From contig OZ024749.1 of NCBI GenBank assembly GCA_964016885.1, positions 36,518,001-36,582,000 on the forward strand: DNA of 64,000 bases, read 5' to 3'. The notes below the pieces were generated by a model that searched no databases, was not told where the DNA came from, and saw only the letters and a program-made list of their open reading frames with translations. Position numbers and translations under genes: made by a program. This stretch comes from Eledone cirrhosa. Taxonomy: Eukaryota. Below are positions 25,758 through 40,255 of the stretch, one piece after another; position 1 is the first letter of the stretch, and every line of letters starts with the position of its first letter.

Positions 25758-27446
25758 ATTAGTTGTATGTATGTATGTATGTATTTCTCTCTCTCTCTCT
25801 CTATGTATATATATATATTGTGTGTGTGTGTATGTATGTGTGTATCTATCTATCTATATATGTGTGTGTACATGTGTGTAAGTATGCGTGTGTATGTAAT
25901 GTGATGGAATGCTTTAGATTGGGAAACAACTAACAACTGGGTCATAAAACTTCATTGTCTGGGAACAGACTGACTTAGATTTCATATCACCCCTCCACAA
26001 CCGTCATCATTAGTATTACCATCATCATCATCATCATAATCATCATAACCATCATTTTAACTTTTTTTCTTTTTTCTTTGGCTGCATGAGTTAGCCAAGC
26101 CCTTTCCATTACATATATATCACACCCCTTCCACCTTACAGGTTGGAATGGGTGCTTTTTGTTGTGACACCAGTATAATCATCTTACAGGGTGGATTGGG
26201 TGCTTTTTTGTAGTCACACCACCACTATTGCCTTATAAGGTAGAGTGGATGCTTTATGTATATTATGTGTGAGTGTGTGTTATATATATATCATCATCAT
26301 TTTATGTCCATTTTTCCATGCTAGCATGGGTTAGATGAGTTGTTTTGTTGTGAGAAATGCTAGGTCAGGTGACTGTCTTGCACATTCAGGATTGATTTTG
26401 GCTTGGTTTCTACAGCTGGATGCCCTTTCTAAAGCCTATATACATTAAAATGATCACTGGTAGTGGCTTATAAATATGATGAGGAAATATGTAGTATTGA
26501 CTGGTTTGATCTTAATATATTACTGGTATATTGATACTGAATTCATTGACACCAGGGAGACTATGCACCACTAAATATTGAAAGATACGTGAGATCCTGC
26601 ATTTTAGAATAGATACACAGTAATCCCTGCATGTTGTAAGATGTGACTAAAAGGATCGGTGCCAAGAAGGGCATCTAGTTGTAAAACATTGCCTCAAAAA
26701 ATTCATCTAACCCATACCAAGCATGGAACTGTAGGCATAAAAAGTGGTGATGATGATGAATGGTTGTCTTCAGTAGAGTTGACCAGCAGATATTACTGGT
26801 ATTAAAAAAAAAAAAGAGAGAAGAATTACAATATAAACAAAATTGGAATGGAATAAACCTCCATTGGTTTCAATAATCAGGTTTCTTGTTGTTTTAATCA
26901 ACTGAACAACCTGCTCATGAAATTAACATGTAAATGGCTGAGTATTCCACAGACGCATGTACCCTAAATGCTATTCTCCAGGAGATTCAACATACAGTGT
27001 GTGTGTGACAAGGCTGACTTTTTGATTTACAAATACAGTCGATCCAACAGCCTGCCAAACAGTTTCTATCTACCCAATTTCAACTCACAAAGCATGGATT
27101 AACCTACCTGAAGTTCTGGTAAAAGGCAGTTGTCATGGTTGCAATGTGGTGGGTTGGAAACTGGGGGCCTTGTCACTACATAGTAAACTTCTTAACCATT
27201 CAACCATGACACATCTTCTGAACAAATCTAATCACTGCAAGTTACACATGATTTGAAAGTGTCAACTTTTCAGTGCTGTTGCTATGGTAACGTCTGGAAT
27301 ATGGTATTGAGATGTCTTTTATTAAAGGTAGACAGGTGGTGGAACCTGCTTCAATTATTAGCACCACCACCATCATCATCATCATCATCATCACGATTAA
27401 CACCAATAGCATCCTGATCACTATCACCACTACAGCCATCATAAAC

Positions 27447-27646
27447 NNNNNNNNNNNNNNNNNNNNNNNNNNNNNNNNNNNNNNNNNNNNNNNNNNNNNN
27501 NNNNNNNNNNNNNNNNNNNNNNNNNNNNNNNNNNNNNNNNNNNNNNNNNNNNNNNNNNNNNNNNNNNNNNNNNNNNNNNNNNNNNNNNNNNNNNNNNNNN
27601 NNNNNNNNNNNNNNNNNNNNNNNNNNNNNNNNNNNNNNNNNNNNNN
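27447..27646. other. Assembly gap, 200 N
   Basis: Run of exactly 200 n; a round number suggests a placeholder of unknown true size. Confidence 0.99.
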
Positions 27647-28213
27647 TATGGAACATGGACGTTAAACGATGATGATGATGATGATGATGATGATATGTAT
27701 ATATATATATATATAAACCCGTAGTGCAAATATTTATTATTAACACAAATGAAAAGTTTAAGCAAAACAATTTGTGCTTTCACCCTAAAGCAATATCATC
27801 TGAAACTGAGAAATATCAATCTGTGGTTGCAGAAGGGAATATTTCAAAATATACAATTAATATATTTTAATATTTCCTTGTGTATAGCCTTCCTTCCTTC
27901 CTCCACTTAACATGCCAGCCATGTCTTTGTGTGTGTGTGTGTGTGTGTGTGTGTGAGTGTGCAGAATGGCTAAATGGTTTGTGTTGGGAGTGAAATTGTG
28001 TAGACAGAAACTGTGTGGAAGCCTGTCATAGACTTGTATCTGTAATCCAAAGGTTCCAGCCTTGTCATATATTGTCATGCTGATAATATAGGTACATGTG
28101 TCTGTGGAATACTCAGCCACTTTCATACTGCTCCAATAAGCAGGTTGCACACAATTGATTGAACAACTAGAACACTCATCATAGCAACTGGTGAAGATCC
28201 ATTTCCTTTTAGT

Positions 28214-28254
<41 letters not shown>

Positions 28255-28350
28255 TTGTAATGAACTATCTAATGATTTGAAGAGATTACTACTAATACTA
28301 CTACTACCACTATTACTGCCACAGCTACTACAACTTTTACCATCTAAATA

Positions 28351-28398
<48 letters not shown>

Positions 28399-29132
28399 AT
28401 GAGTGAGTGAGTGAGTGTGTGTGTGTGGTGTTGTTGGATAGTAAACTGCATTTAGAAAGATTGACACACAATTACATCTGATAACTTTCCATTGTATCAT
28501 AACAACATTTTTTATACATTATTGTAATCAGGATTGGTAGTTAATTGGACTAATTAGAATGGAAAATCACATGTCTATATATATATGTGTATATGTGTAT
28601 GTATGTATGTATGTATGTATATGTTTGAGGAAGAGGTGGGGGTGGTTTATTATACCCACTTTCGTATAGTGAAACCTTAGCAAAATGTTGCCCCCTAACC
28701 CATCACACACACACACACACACGCACACGCACACGCACACGCACACACACACACACACACACCATTTTGTTACAATATTTCTAAAGGAAGACATTGCCTA
28801 TGACTTTGAAGTAATTTTGAAAATACTCAACAATTTGGAGGATTTAGAATTATATAACTAACTTCCTCATTATTAAACTGGTGTTTGGAACATTACTTAA
28901 TGAAGGTTTTTATATAAAACTATGATGGAAGGATTTTGGATAAATATAAACATATTAACCCTTCTGTTGCCATATTTCTAATGAAAGACACTGCCTATGA
29001 TTTTCAAATAATTTTGAAAATAATCACGAATTTTGAAAGATTTAATCATATAACCTACTTTCTCATCAAATTGGCATTTGGAACATGACTTAGCAAAGGT
29101 TCTTACATAAAAAAATATTGAAGGGCGGTAGA

Positions 29133-29345
29133 TTGGCAGTATCAGTATCAGTAGAACATTGGACACCATGCTTTGTGACATAGTTATGGCCCTTTATGTT
29201 CTGAGTTCAAATCCCGCTAAGGTTAGCTTCGCCTTTCATTCTTACGGGGGTCGTTAAATAAAGCACCAGTAATGCACTGGGGTCGATTTAATCGACTTTC
29301 CCTTCAACTTCAAATTGCTGACCTTGTGCTTAAAGTAGAAACAAT
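29133..29345 (+). mobile_element. SINE family A (long variant) inserted in MITE family 2-like sequence
   Basis: Consensus match; flanks continue the MITE-like sequence (tgaaggg on both sides). Confidence 0.8.
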
Positions 29346-29561
29346 TTTTGAAGGGTTTTAGATAATTATAAGCATTTTTGTATCAGATGCAGGACACCTT
29401 AATGACTCTGCCAATTTGCCTCTTTATGAGATAGGTAGGCAAAATAGGGTCTTGTTACTAAAGGGTAGATAACTGTTAGTGTTAAATAACATTACACCAT
29501 TGTTTGTCTTTATTTTCCCTCCCTCATCAACATCATCATCATCATCATCATCATGTGTTGT

Positions 29562-29738
29562 TTGGCAGTATCGGTAGAGGTTCGGACACCATGCTTTACA
29601 GCATAGTTACGTCCCTTTACATTCTGAGTTCAAATCCCACCAAGGTTAACTTTGCCTTTCATCCTAAAATCGATAAAATAAAGTACCAGTAATGTACTGG
29701 GATAATTACTGGCCTTGTGCCAAAAATAGAAACAATTA
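29562..29738 (+). mobile_element. SINE family A
   Basis: Consensus match. Confidence 0.85.
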
Positions 29739-29759
29739 TGTATTAGGTTTTCTATGATA

Positions 29760-30030
29760 GTATGGGTTGGACAGGTCTTCTCCATTACAACCTACTTCCA
29801 TTTATTGCATTCCTTCATCTCTGCGGGGCTCAGTGTTTTGAAATCAGTTCTAACCATTGCTTCTCTCGTCTTCCTCTTCTGCAGCTCCCTTCCACTGGGA
29901 TTTCTTTGTACTTCTTTCAGCCAACAATCATCTTCCATATACCTCACATGTCCATACCAGAGCAGTCTTGTCTCTCACACACTACATCTGATTCCTCTTA
30001 TACCCAGTTTTTCTTTCAGCTCATCTCTTC
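29760..30030 (-). mobile_element. Degraded RTE-type LINE 3' fragment
   Basis: Similar to the reverse complement of 13330-13570 (cctcacatgtccatacca, ttccactg). Similar relics at about 32000-32270 and 33050-33350. Confidence 0.6.
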
Positions 30031-30304
30031 TTTGCTCTTCCATGTTTAATAAACAAACAAACAAACATGAGTTCATGTTTCTGTGCCTCAGATCAATAAT
30101 TAAAACTAATTCAATCATTTTAAACTAGATATTTAAAGGATGTCTTTGATTGGTCGGTACCTGACTCAGACAGCCATTATACCCCCTCCACACACACATC
30201 CCCACCCCATACATATATTACACCATTTCTGGGTGTCTTTTTGTTTTAATTCTATATTTTCCTTTCCTTCCCCACTCATCTCAATTTCTCTGTAAGAGGC
30301 ACTA

Positions 30305-30428
30305 ATTCTGTTGCAATCTGCCCCTGCCCCTTCCATTCTGTTGCAATCTGCCCCTGCCCCTTCCATTCTGTTGCAATCTGCCCCTGCCCCTTCCATTCTG
30401 TTGCAATCTACCCCTGCCCCTTTCATTC
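30305..30428. repeat. 30-bp tandem repeat x4
   Basis: Unit attctgttgcaatctgcccctgccccttcc. Confidence 0.9.
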
Positions 30429-30589
30429 CTTTGCAAGAGGCACCGATTCTATTTTAATCTCCTCTTTCCTATTTACCAAATTGTTCAGCAAATTTCTGTC
30501 GCAATTTCCTTATACTCACCATCCCCTTCACCCCCTAGTTGTTTTGGTTTTTGTTGTTGTTTGTCTTTTTGTTACACAAACCCCATTAC

Positions 30590-31225
30590 GTCATCATCAT
30601 CATCATCATCATTATCCTCATCATCATCTCTGTTATTAGCATCATCATCATCGTTATCATCATTGCTGTCATCAGTGTCGTTATCATCACCATCACCACC
30701 ATCATCACCATCATCACCATCACCATCACCACCACCATCATCATCATCACCACCACCACCATCATCATCATCATCACCATCATCATCATCACCATCATCA
30801 TCATCACCATCATCACCATCATCATGGACGTTATCATCATTGCTGTCATCAGTGTCGTCACCATCACCATCATCACCACCACCACCATCACCACCACCAC
30901 CACCATCACCATCATCACCACCATCAACATCATCACCACCATCAACATCATCACCACCATCACCATCACCATCATTATCACCATCATCATTGCTGTCATC
31001 ATCTCCCCCCCCCCCCCAACGCATCCTGCCAGAAATGATTTCCCACCCCTTCCATGAATCATTCACAAATTAAATTCCTTTCTAAACTTAAACAAAAATT
31101 TCCAGATAATTAGCTTGCCTAATTAACTGTGACCATTCATCCCCCCCCCCTCCCTCCCCTCTCTCTCTAGTGCTGCACTTTTCAAAAATTAATTTAATCT
31201 TATATATTTTACTTTTGTTTATATA

Positions 31226-31304
<79 letters not shown>

Positions 31305-32000
31305 ATATATATGCATATATGCTTTTGTTTATTTACGTTTGTTTATCTCTCTGTTCACTTAAAATCTTGGAAAGCCTCCTTCCTCTCTTCAACATCCCTA
31401 CCACCCCACATATCTTATGCCACCATCAAACATTATTTGTCGTCATTGTCATCATCATCATCACCATCATCACCACCATCACTGTCATCTATATAGTCAC
31501 CATTGTTGTCATCAATATAGTCACCACCACCATCATCATCATCACCACCATCATGAATATTGTTATCATCATCATCATCATTGCTATCATCACCATCGCC
31601 ACCACCACCACCATGAATATTATCATCATCATCATCATTGCTATCATCACCATCGCCACCACCACCACCACCATGAATATTATCATCATCATCATCATTG
31701 CTATCATCACCATCGCCACTACCACCATCATGAATATTATCATCATCATCATCATCATCATCATTGCCATCATCACCATCACCACCCAGTGTCTATCTAA
31801 TGACAATGTTCCATGGATATTGCGATGTTGCTGCCTACATTATCAGTGGAAATTAGAAGGAAATTAAGGAAAATAACTTTCTTCATCATCATCATCATCA
31901 TCATCACCAGCATCATCATCACCATCACCATCATCGCCACCATCATCGCCACCACCATCATCATCACCATCATCATCATCATCATCATCATTATTTTCAC
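30590..32000. repeat. (CAT/CAC)n low-complexity blocks
   Basis: Blocks at about 30590-31005, 31440-31785 and 31880-31995. Confidence 0.9.
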
Positions 32001-32284
32001 CAAAATTTTCCATCCACTTTTCCATACTTGTATGGGTTGGAAGGTTTTACTCCAACATAACTTTGCTCTTCTCATGTTTCAGCATTCTCTCCTCCTCCTC
32101 CTCTCTTAGGTTCAGTGTTTTGAGATCAGCTCTCACAGGTTTCATCCACTTGGAAATCCTGGTGCTTCCTCCCCTAACGAACATCATTCATACACCTCAC
32201 ATATCCATACCAGGGCTGTCTTCTCTCTTGCACACTATATTTGATTCCTCCTATACCCGTTTGTTTCTGCTTCCTAACAACATT

Positions 32285-32631
32285 ATCATCATCATCATCA
32301 TCATTTCATTTTACGTCCGCTTTTTCCCTGCTTGCAAGGGTGGGACGGGAACTGATTTTTGGCTTGATTTCTACAGCTGGATGCCCTTCCTAACACCAAC
32401 CTCATTTACAGTGTGTGCTGGGTGCTTTTTGGCCGTGGCACCTCCACGACCACTTTGCAGTGGAATGATAAGGACCTCAGTCCCTATCATCTCATTTCTA
32501 CAGCTGAGTAAACTGGAGCAACGTGAAATAAAGTGTCTTGCTCAAGGAAACAACACATCACCCGGTCTGAGAATTGAACTCACAACCTTTCGATTGCAAG
32601 GCCAATGCTCTAACCACTAAGCCATGTGCCT
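32285..32631 (-). mobile_element. Full-length composite SINE family B
   Basis: Reverse complement of 56634-57015: tRNA-like head, CORE-like domain, aggaagggcatccagctgtagaaa domain, LINE-type tail. Confidence 0.92.
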
Positions 32632-32705
32632 TAACATTCATTTAAATTACTTACAAAAAAAAAAAAAAATCTTCATTGCCTCATCATTATTCAAAAGTGT
32701 GTTCC

Positions 32706-32763
32706 CCAAAGTATCTCTCTCTGATATCCCTCAAAAGAGGGATAACAGAGAGAGATACTTTGG
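32706..32763. other. Near-perfect 58-nt hairpin (27-bp arms, one mismatch, AAAA loop)
   Basis: ccaaagtatctctctctgatatccctc-aaaa-gagggataacagagagagatactttgg. Confidence 0.9.
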
Positions 32764-33572
32764 CATGGGTTAGACAAGTTATCAGTCTGAGACCAGATGG
32801 GTCAGAGTAACCTTATCTTACTCATACATTGGCAGAGTTTCTATGGCTGGATGCTCTTTCTAACACCAACGACCTTACTGGGTATAGTGGATGTATTTTT
32901 CAGGGTGTACTGGGAGCATTTTATCATCCCACCAGCACTGGAGACATTGTCACTTGTTTATGTCAAAGCTGTAATGTCTGGTCCCCCTCACCACATTTAC
33001 TTTTAATGCCATTCTGCTTGTACTGCTAGATGGGTCTTTTGTATGATTGTATAACACCAGTCAGCTTGGGCTTGTGTCATCTCCTTTGTGTGTTTCAGTT
33101 TCCTGTAATTATTCTTCAGAACTTCTCATGACATCCTTGATCTTCCTCTTCCACAGATTCTATCCACTTTACATACTCGGTAGTTTTTATTATAAGACTT
33201 TCACTCTCCTTATGTATATCATGAATCCACATCTGCACAATTGTCTTACTTGCATGCTACATTCAACTCCTCTTATACTTAACTTATCTCTCAGTTCACT
33301 TGTGCTCAGTCATTCATGAACACTAACATTACACATTCAGTGAAGCATGCAATAAGTACCAGACTTGAAAAAAAAAAGAAGAATTGAGGTCGATATGATC
33401 GACCAAATTCTTTATATTGATGCCCTGGTATGGCTGCAGTCTGAGTGAAATGAGTAAAAAGAATGTGTGTGTGTGTGTGTGTATCTTACCACACCCTCTC
33501 TGATGTGTATATATACATATGTGTGTGTGTATTGTGTGTATGTATGTATATGTGTGTGTGTGTATGTATATA

Positions 33573-33603
<31 letters not shown>

Positions 33604-34227
33604 ATGTATATATATGTGTATGTGTGTGTGTGTGTGTGTATGTATATATGTGTGTGTGTGTGTGTATGTATGGAAAATAAAGAGTTGAAGGTACGCCTAC
33701 TGTTTTTTTTTTATATATATAAATGCATATTTATCATACACAACAAAAAGAAATTAGTTCATACAAAATAAATTATATATCTTTTTTTTTAAAGTATAGG
33801 TGGTTTTTCAGAAATAGTTATGATTATCTGATTAGTTTTTGTATTAACCAGTTTTGTTATGGGTAGCTTTTCAAAGTTTCATTTTAATTTGTGCTGGTGT
33901 TGTATATATTTTACACAAGTTGCAGTGGGTTTTGTTGAATATATTCAACAGGACACACAGCATGGCTATTTCTGAAAATACTACTCTTCTTAAAAAAACA
34001 AAAACAAAAGAAAATTATGATTTATTTTGTATAGACTAATTTCTCTTTTCTGTAGATTTACAAAAATAACATTAAATCAGTATGTTCCTCATATATAACA
34101 TGATTTGTACAGAATTCTTTAATTTTTTAACTTTTTCATTTTTTTCATTATATATATATATATATATATATATACACCATCATGGGAGTAGTTATTTTTT
34201 GTGTATAGACTAACATTAATAAATACT

Positions 34228-34259
<32 letters not shown>

Positions 34260-36396
34260 CACACACATACACTAGTATAGTGGTATGTGTTGTGTATACA
34301 CCAGTATAGTGGTTGTGGTGTTTCTATATATGTATGTTGTGTATATACTAGAATTAATAAATACGTAACATCCTCTTAATGTTAAGTACATCATATTGCT
34401 TCTGGCTACATGTTTTACAAACTTTATCCAGGCATTATGTCAAGTCCCCCCTCCTCTCACCTATTCTGTTGACATTTTGGTAAAGTCATAAACAGAAATT
34501 CACCAACAATAATAATACTAATAATAATAATTTCTAATTTCTAATTTCGGCTCAAGGCCAGCAATTTGAGGAACTGACCATAAAAGGATGAAAGGCCAGC
34601 AATTTGTGGGAAGGGGAAAGTCAAGGGTATAAACGCCAGTATTTAACTGGTACATTAGATTGACTTCCTTCGAAGGATGAAATAAATATGGGATTTCTTG
34701 TAATGTATCTTTTTTTTTGTCATATATATAATGTTTTTTGAATGTAAAATAAAATTATTACTAGATTCTCCAGCTGCTATATCTTATAAAAAAAATGTTG
34801 CTGGAGATAGATTAGCAAAATTTAATAAGTAGTGGAGGGGGTGGAATAAAATCGAGGGATGGGAGCATTATTCAAGACCTGAGAGTATTTGTCACAGGGG
34901 TATCAGATGAAGATATTTCAATGACAGATTGCAACATTAAGGTGGAGGATTATATAGGAATGAGGGGAACAAATAGGTATCAAGTATACATAGTACACAG
35001 TTATATTAGGCATTCAATCCTGGTACAGAGAGCTGTATAGTGAAGGCTATTTGAGGTATCCCACAGATCCACACTCACCCTGTCCACTAAGGGTGAGGCC
35101 ATTGTCAACTCTGAGTTGAGTAGATTCATTCATTCTTCTCAGTTTTTGCTCCGCTCACCACCACCTTTTCGTAAATTCACTAGAGGAAAGCACCTCCCTC
35201 TCCACTACTTTCACCTTCCTTTCCAATAATAATGGTTTCTGATTCAGGAAACATGGCCAACAGTTTTTGAGGAGGATAAAGTCAATTAAATCAACCCCAG
35301 TGCGTTACTGGTACTTTATTTTATCAACCCCTAAGGGATTTCAAGGATAAGGTTCCAGGTTTAATTCCATAGTGTAGAACTTTCTACAAGGGCTTTCTTT
35401 CTATTGCAGAATTGGGTTAACCAATACCTTTGTGTGTGTGTGTGTGTGCATCTATCTCTGTACGTGTATATATATATATTTGCGTGTGTCTAACCCATGC
35501 TAGCGTGGAAGATAGACGTTAAACGATGATGATGATGTGTATGGATATGTGTGTGTTTAGATATATGTATGTGTATAGATGTGTGTATGTGTATAGATGT
35601 GTGTCTGTGTATAGATGTGTGTCTGTGTATAGATGTGTGTCTGTGTATAGATGTGTGTATGTGTATAGATGTGTGTATGTGTATAGATGTTCCATTAGAA
35701 ATATTGTAAGAGAAGGATTAACCACTACTACTACTACTACTACTACTACTGTTGTTGGTGGTGATAATGGTTGTAGTGGTGCTTGTAATGGTAATGGTGG
35801 TAATGCTGCTGTCACCTGTTTGAGGTCACCATGGACAGTTAATGTCACCATTAGTTAGTTAAGATAGAAGAAATGTCACATAACTCTTGTCCCCCCCCCC
35901 CCTTCCCTCCCACCCACTTCCTTCTCCCTCCTCCTCTCTTCGCCAGCCAGAATTCCTCGACTTTCATTGTTACATAAATATACAAGACAAACAGCCAACT
36001 ACTGGCTCTGTTGTAAGCAATCTAGCTGGACCAAGGAACTGTTGGTGTGTGTGTGTGTGTCTATATATATATATATGTGTGTATGCCTATCTGTGTCTTT
36101 GTCTATGTGTATGCCTATCTGTGTCTTTGTCTATGTGTATGTCTATCTGTGTCTTTGTCTATGTGTGTCTTTGTCTATGTGTATGTCTATGTGTGTCTTT
36201 GTCTATCTGTGTCTTTGTCTGTGTGTGTCTCTGTCTGTGTATGTCTTTGTCTATGTGTTTCTACATGTCTTCACTTTTCGTCCTTCTGAGATTGATAAAA
36301 TAAAACACCAGTTAAATACTGAAGGCGATTTAATCAACGTTCCCTTCCCCACAAATTGTTGGCCTTGTGCCTATGTTATAAACATTATTCTTAGGA

Positions 36397-37228
36397 TTGT
36401 CAGTATCGGTAGAGGGTCGGACGCCATGCTTTCCAGCATAGTTACGTCCCTTTATGATCTGAGTTCAAATCCTGCCGAGGTTGACTTTGCCTTTCGTCCT
36501 TACGGGGTCGATAAAATAAAGTACCAGTAATGCACTGAGATAATTGCTGGCCTTGTGCCAAAAGTAGAAACAATTATTGTTATATATATTTATTACAATT
36601 TCTATTATTATTATCCGTACTGTTTTTTTTTTTTTCTTCAGTGATGTCTCCTTTCTTTCACTTGATGTAAACCCTACTGTTATATAAACCCTACTCTGTT
36701 GTTCTTGTCTTTGTATTGGTAAAATAAAGTACCAGTAATGTACTAGGTAATTGCTGGCCTTGTGCCTAAAGTAGAAACAATTATTAGATAGATTGGCAGT
36801 ATCGATAGAGTCGGACGCCAAGCTTTGCAACATCGTGTTACGTCCCTTTACGATCTGAGTTCAAATCCCGCCGAGGTTAACTTTGCCTTTCATCCTTACG
36901 GGGTCGATAAAATAAAGTACCAGTAATGCACTGGGGTTGATTTAATCGACTTTCGCTTCCCCTCAAATTGTTGGCCTTGTGCCTATAGTAGAAATCATTA
37001 TTGTTATCCCCTACTGTTTTTTTTTCTTCAGTGTTGTCCCTTTTCTTTCACTTAATGTAAACCCTACTCTCTGTTATTTTTGTCCTTGTATTTACCCCTA
37101 TAAGAAATAATCATTATTATCCCACCGAGGTTGACTTTGCCTTTCATCCTTACGGGGTCGATAAAATAAAGTACCAGTAATGCACTGGGTAATTGCTGGC
37201 CTTGTGCCTAAAGTAGAAACAATTATTA
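36397..37228 (+). mobile_element. Cluster of four SINE A copies or fragments immediately upstream of the PDZ3 exon
   Basis: Copies at about 36397-36577, 36720-36785, 36793-37000 and 37120-37228. Confidence 0.9.
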
Positions 37229-37278
37229 TTATTATTATTATGTTTAATTAATTTTCCTTTTGTTTACTATCATTTCAG

Positions 37279-37435
37279 AGAACCAAGAAGAATAGTTCTA
37301 AACAAAGGCTCAACTGGTCTAGGATTTAATATTGTTGGTGGTGAAGATGGAGAAGGGATTTTTGTTTCATTCATTTTGGCAGGGGGGCCTGCTGATCTCA
37401 GTGGAGAACTTCGACGGGGTGACCAAATACATTCG
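37279..37435 (+). CDS. dlg1: Discs large (DLG/PSD-95 family MAGUK) exon encoding the N-terminal part of PDZ3
   Basis: Acceptor ...ttttcctttttgtttactatcatttcAG, donor TCG|GTAAGA. 157 nt, phase 2 to phase 0. Translates (R)[52 protein letters not shown], with the GLGF loop and near identity to DLG1/DLG4/Drosophila Dlg PDZ3 as I recall them. Confidence 0.96.
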
Positions 37436-37926
37436 GTAAGATTCCTTTATATATATATATATTGTAACACAATTTGTAAGTGTGTGAGCCCAAATATATT
37501 TGCTAATTTTTCTTTATACATATCGATAACAGTTTGTATGTGTATGTTAAGGTTCATTTATTCATTTACATCTATCTATCTATCTATCTATCTATCTATA
37601 TATTGTAACAGAGTTTATGTCTGTGTATGTCTCTCTCTATCATCATTTATGTCTGTGTATGTCTCTCTCTATCATCATCGTTTAACGTCCATCATCGTTT
37701 AACATCCATCTTCCATGCTATCATGGGTTAGACGGTTTTGTTCCATTTGATGCAGAGACCATGTCTCGCTCACACTGATGCGTCTCTAGCAGGGTTTTTA
37801 CACCTGGATGCCCTTCCTAACACCAACTACATTTACAGTGTGGACTATATCTATATTGTCACGAAGTATGTGTGTTGTCACCACATATGTTTGGTAAGGC
37901 TCCTTTATATATATATATACACACAC

Positions 37927-38303
37927 ACATGGCTTAGTGGTTAGAGCATTGGTCTTGCAATCGAAAGGTTGTGAGTTCAATTTTCGGACCGGGTGATGTG
38001 CTGTTCCCTTGAGCAAGACACTTTATTTCACATTGCTCCAGTTTACTCAGCTGTAGAAATGAGATGATAGGACTGGGGTCCCTATCATTCCACTGTCAAG
38101 TGGACGTGTAGGCGCCACGGAAATAAGCACCCAGCACTCACTGTAAATGAGGTTGGTGTTAGGAAGAGCATCCAGCTGTAGAAATCGAGCCAGAATCAGT
38201 TCCCGTATGAGCAAGGCAAGGTCAGACTGGATACTGCCCACAACAGGACAACCCGTCTAACCCATGCTAGCTTGGAAGAACAGACGTAAAACGATGATGA
38301 TGA
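37927..38303 (+). mobile_element. Full-length composite SINE family B
   Basis: catggcttagtggttagagcatt head, gagttcaatt B box, CORE-like domain, (GAT)n tail. Confidence 0.92.
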
Positions 38304-38859
38304 TATATATATTGTAACACAGTTTGCATGTGTGTGTAATTTATAGGGTTAATGGAATGAGAGAAATAGTATGTTGGCAGAAAGTGTTGTTCATATCTAA
38401 CCTAACTTGTCCTCTATGGACACCTTCCACTATCATACACCAATATCCAGCTTTCTCTGCTGTAGTGTGTGTGTGTGTGTGTGTGTATGTGTGTAGATTG
38501 TGTGTGTATGTTTCTGAGAGTGAGAGAATGTGTAAGGTTTCCAACACCTTGAAATATTCATCATACATTATTTAGTTAAATATCATTACTGCTACATAAT
38601 TATATAGATAGATAACGAGAGCAAGAGAGAGTGGGGTAGGTAGATAGGTAGATAACTAGATGGAGGTTGGTTGGGTTGGTAGATAAATATATAGATAGAT
38701 AGATATCTTTCTTTATTTAGATAGATAGATAACCAGATGGGTAGGAAGTGAGATGGTTGCAGATAGAAAGATAGCTGGATCCTTTCAAGTATAAACCCCA
38801 ACTACTCTTCTCACCCTAACATAAAAGAGATGTGTTATTTATAGTTCTGCTGCCAACAA

Positions 38860-40255
38860 CTACTATTACCTCAACCACTGCCTCCACTACAACTACTACT
38901 ATTACCTCAACCACCACCATTACCACTGTTATCTCAACCACCACCATCACTATTATTGTTTCAATCAAGAACTCTACTGTTACCCAAACCACCACCACTA
39001 TTACCTCTACCACCACCATCACCACTGCCACCACCACTATTACCTCAACCACCACCATTACCACCATCACCACCACTATTACCTCTATCACCACCATCAC
39101 CACTGCCACCACCACTATTACCTCTACCACCACCATCACCACTGTCACCACCACTATTACCTCTACCACCACCATCACCACTGCCACCACCACTATTACC
39201 TCTACCACCACCATCACCACTGTCACCACCACTATTACCTCTACCACCACCATCACCACTGCCACCACCACTATTACCTCTACCACCACTATTACCTCTA
39301 TTACCACCATCACCACTGCCACCACCACTATTACCTCTACCACCACCATCACCACTGTCACCACCACTATTACCTCTACCACCACCATCACCACTGCCAC
39401 CACCACTATTACCTCTACCACCACCATCACCACTGTCACCACCACTATTACCTCTACCACCACCATCACCACTGCCACCACCACTATTACCTCTACCACC
39501 ACTATTACCTCTATTACCACCATCACCACTGCCACCACCACTATTACCTCTACCACCACCATCACCACTGCCACCACCACTATTACCTCTACCACCACCA
39601 TCACCACTGTCACCACCACTATTACCTCTACCACCACCATCACCACTGCCACCACCACTATTACCTCTACCACCACCACTATTACCTCTACCACCACCAT
39701 CACCACTGTCACCACCACTATTACCTCTACCACCACCATCACCACTGTCACCACCACTATTACCTCTATTACCACCATCACCACTATTACCTCTACCACC
39801 ACCATCACCACCGTCACCACCACTATTACCTCTACCACCACCATCACCACTGTCACCACCACTATTACCTCTATCACCACCATCACCACTGTCACCACCA
39901 CTATTACCTCTACCACCACCATCACCACCGTCACCACCACTATTACCTCTACCACCACCATCACCACTGCCACCACCACTATTACCTCTATCACCACCAT
40001 CACCACTGTCACCACCACTATTACCTCTACCACCACCATCACTACTGCCACCACCACTATTACCTCTACCACCACCATCACCACTGCCACCACCACTATT
40101 ACCTCTATCACCACCATCACCACTGTCACCACCACTATTACCTCTATCACCACCACCACCTCATCTACCACAACTACTATTACCTCAACCACCACCCCCA
40201 CAGTTACCTCAACTGCCACCACCACCTCAACCACCACCACCACCTCAACCACCAA
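38860..40255. repeat. 39-bp ACC-rich minisatellite
   Basis: Unit actattacctctaccaccaccatcaccactgccaccacc with triplet-multiple indels. Confidence 0.95.

Noticed and set aside
30539-31867. Poly-His, poly-Asp and poly-Ile ORFs
   Set aside because: Translations of (CAT/CAC)n microsatellites.
34898-34976. VSDEDIS resemblance to the residues preceding Dlg PDZ3, as a firm exon
   Set aside because: Weak acceptor abutting an apparent transposon end, and the motif is not adjacent to the donor; kept only as a low-ranking candidate.
37376-37702. 108-aa ORF beginning [12 protein letters not shown] as a standalone gene
   Set aside because: Starts at a TTG inside the real exon and runs past the donor at 37436 into intron.
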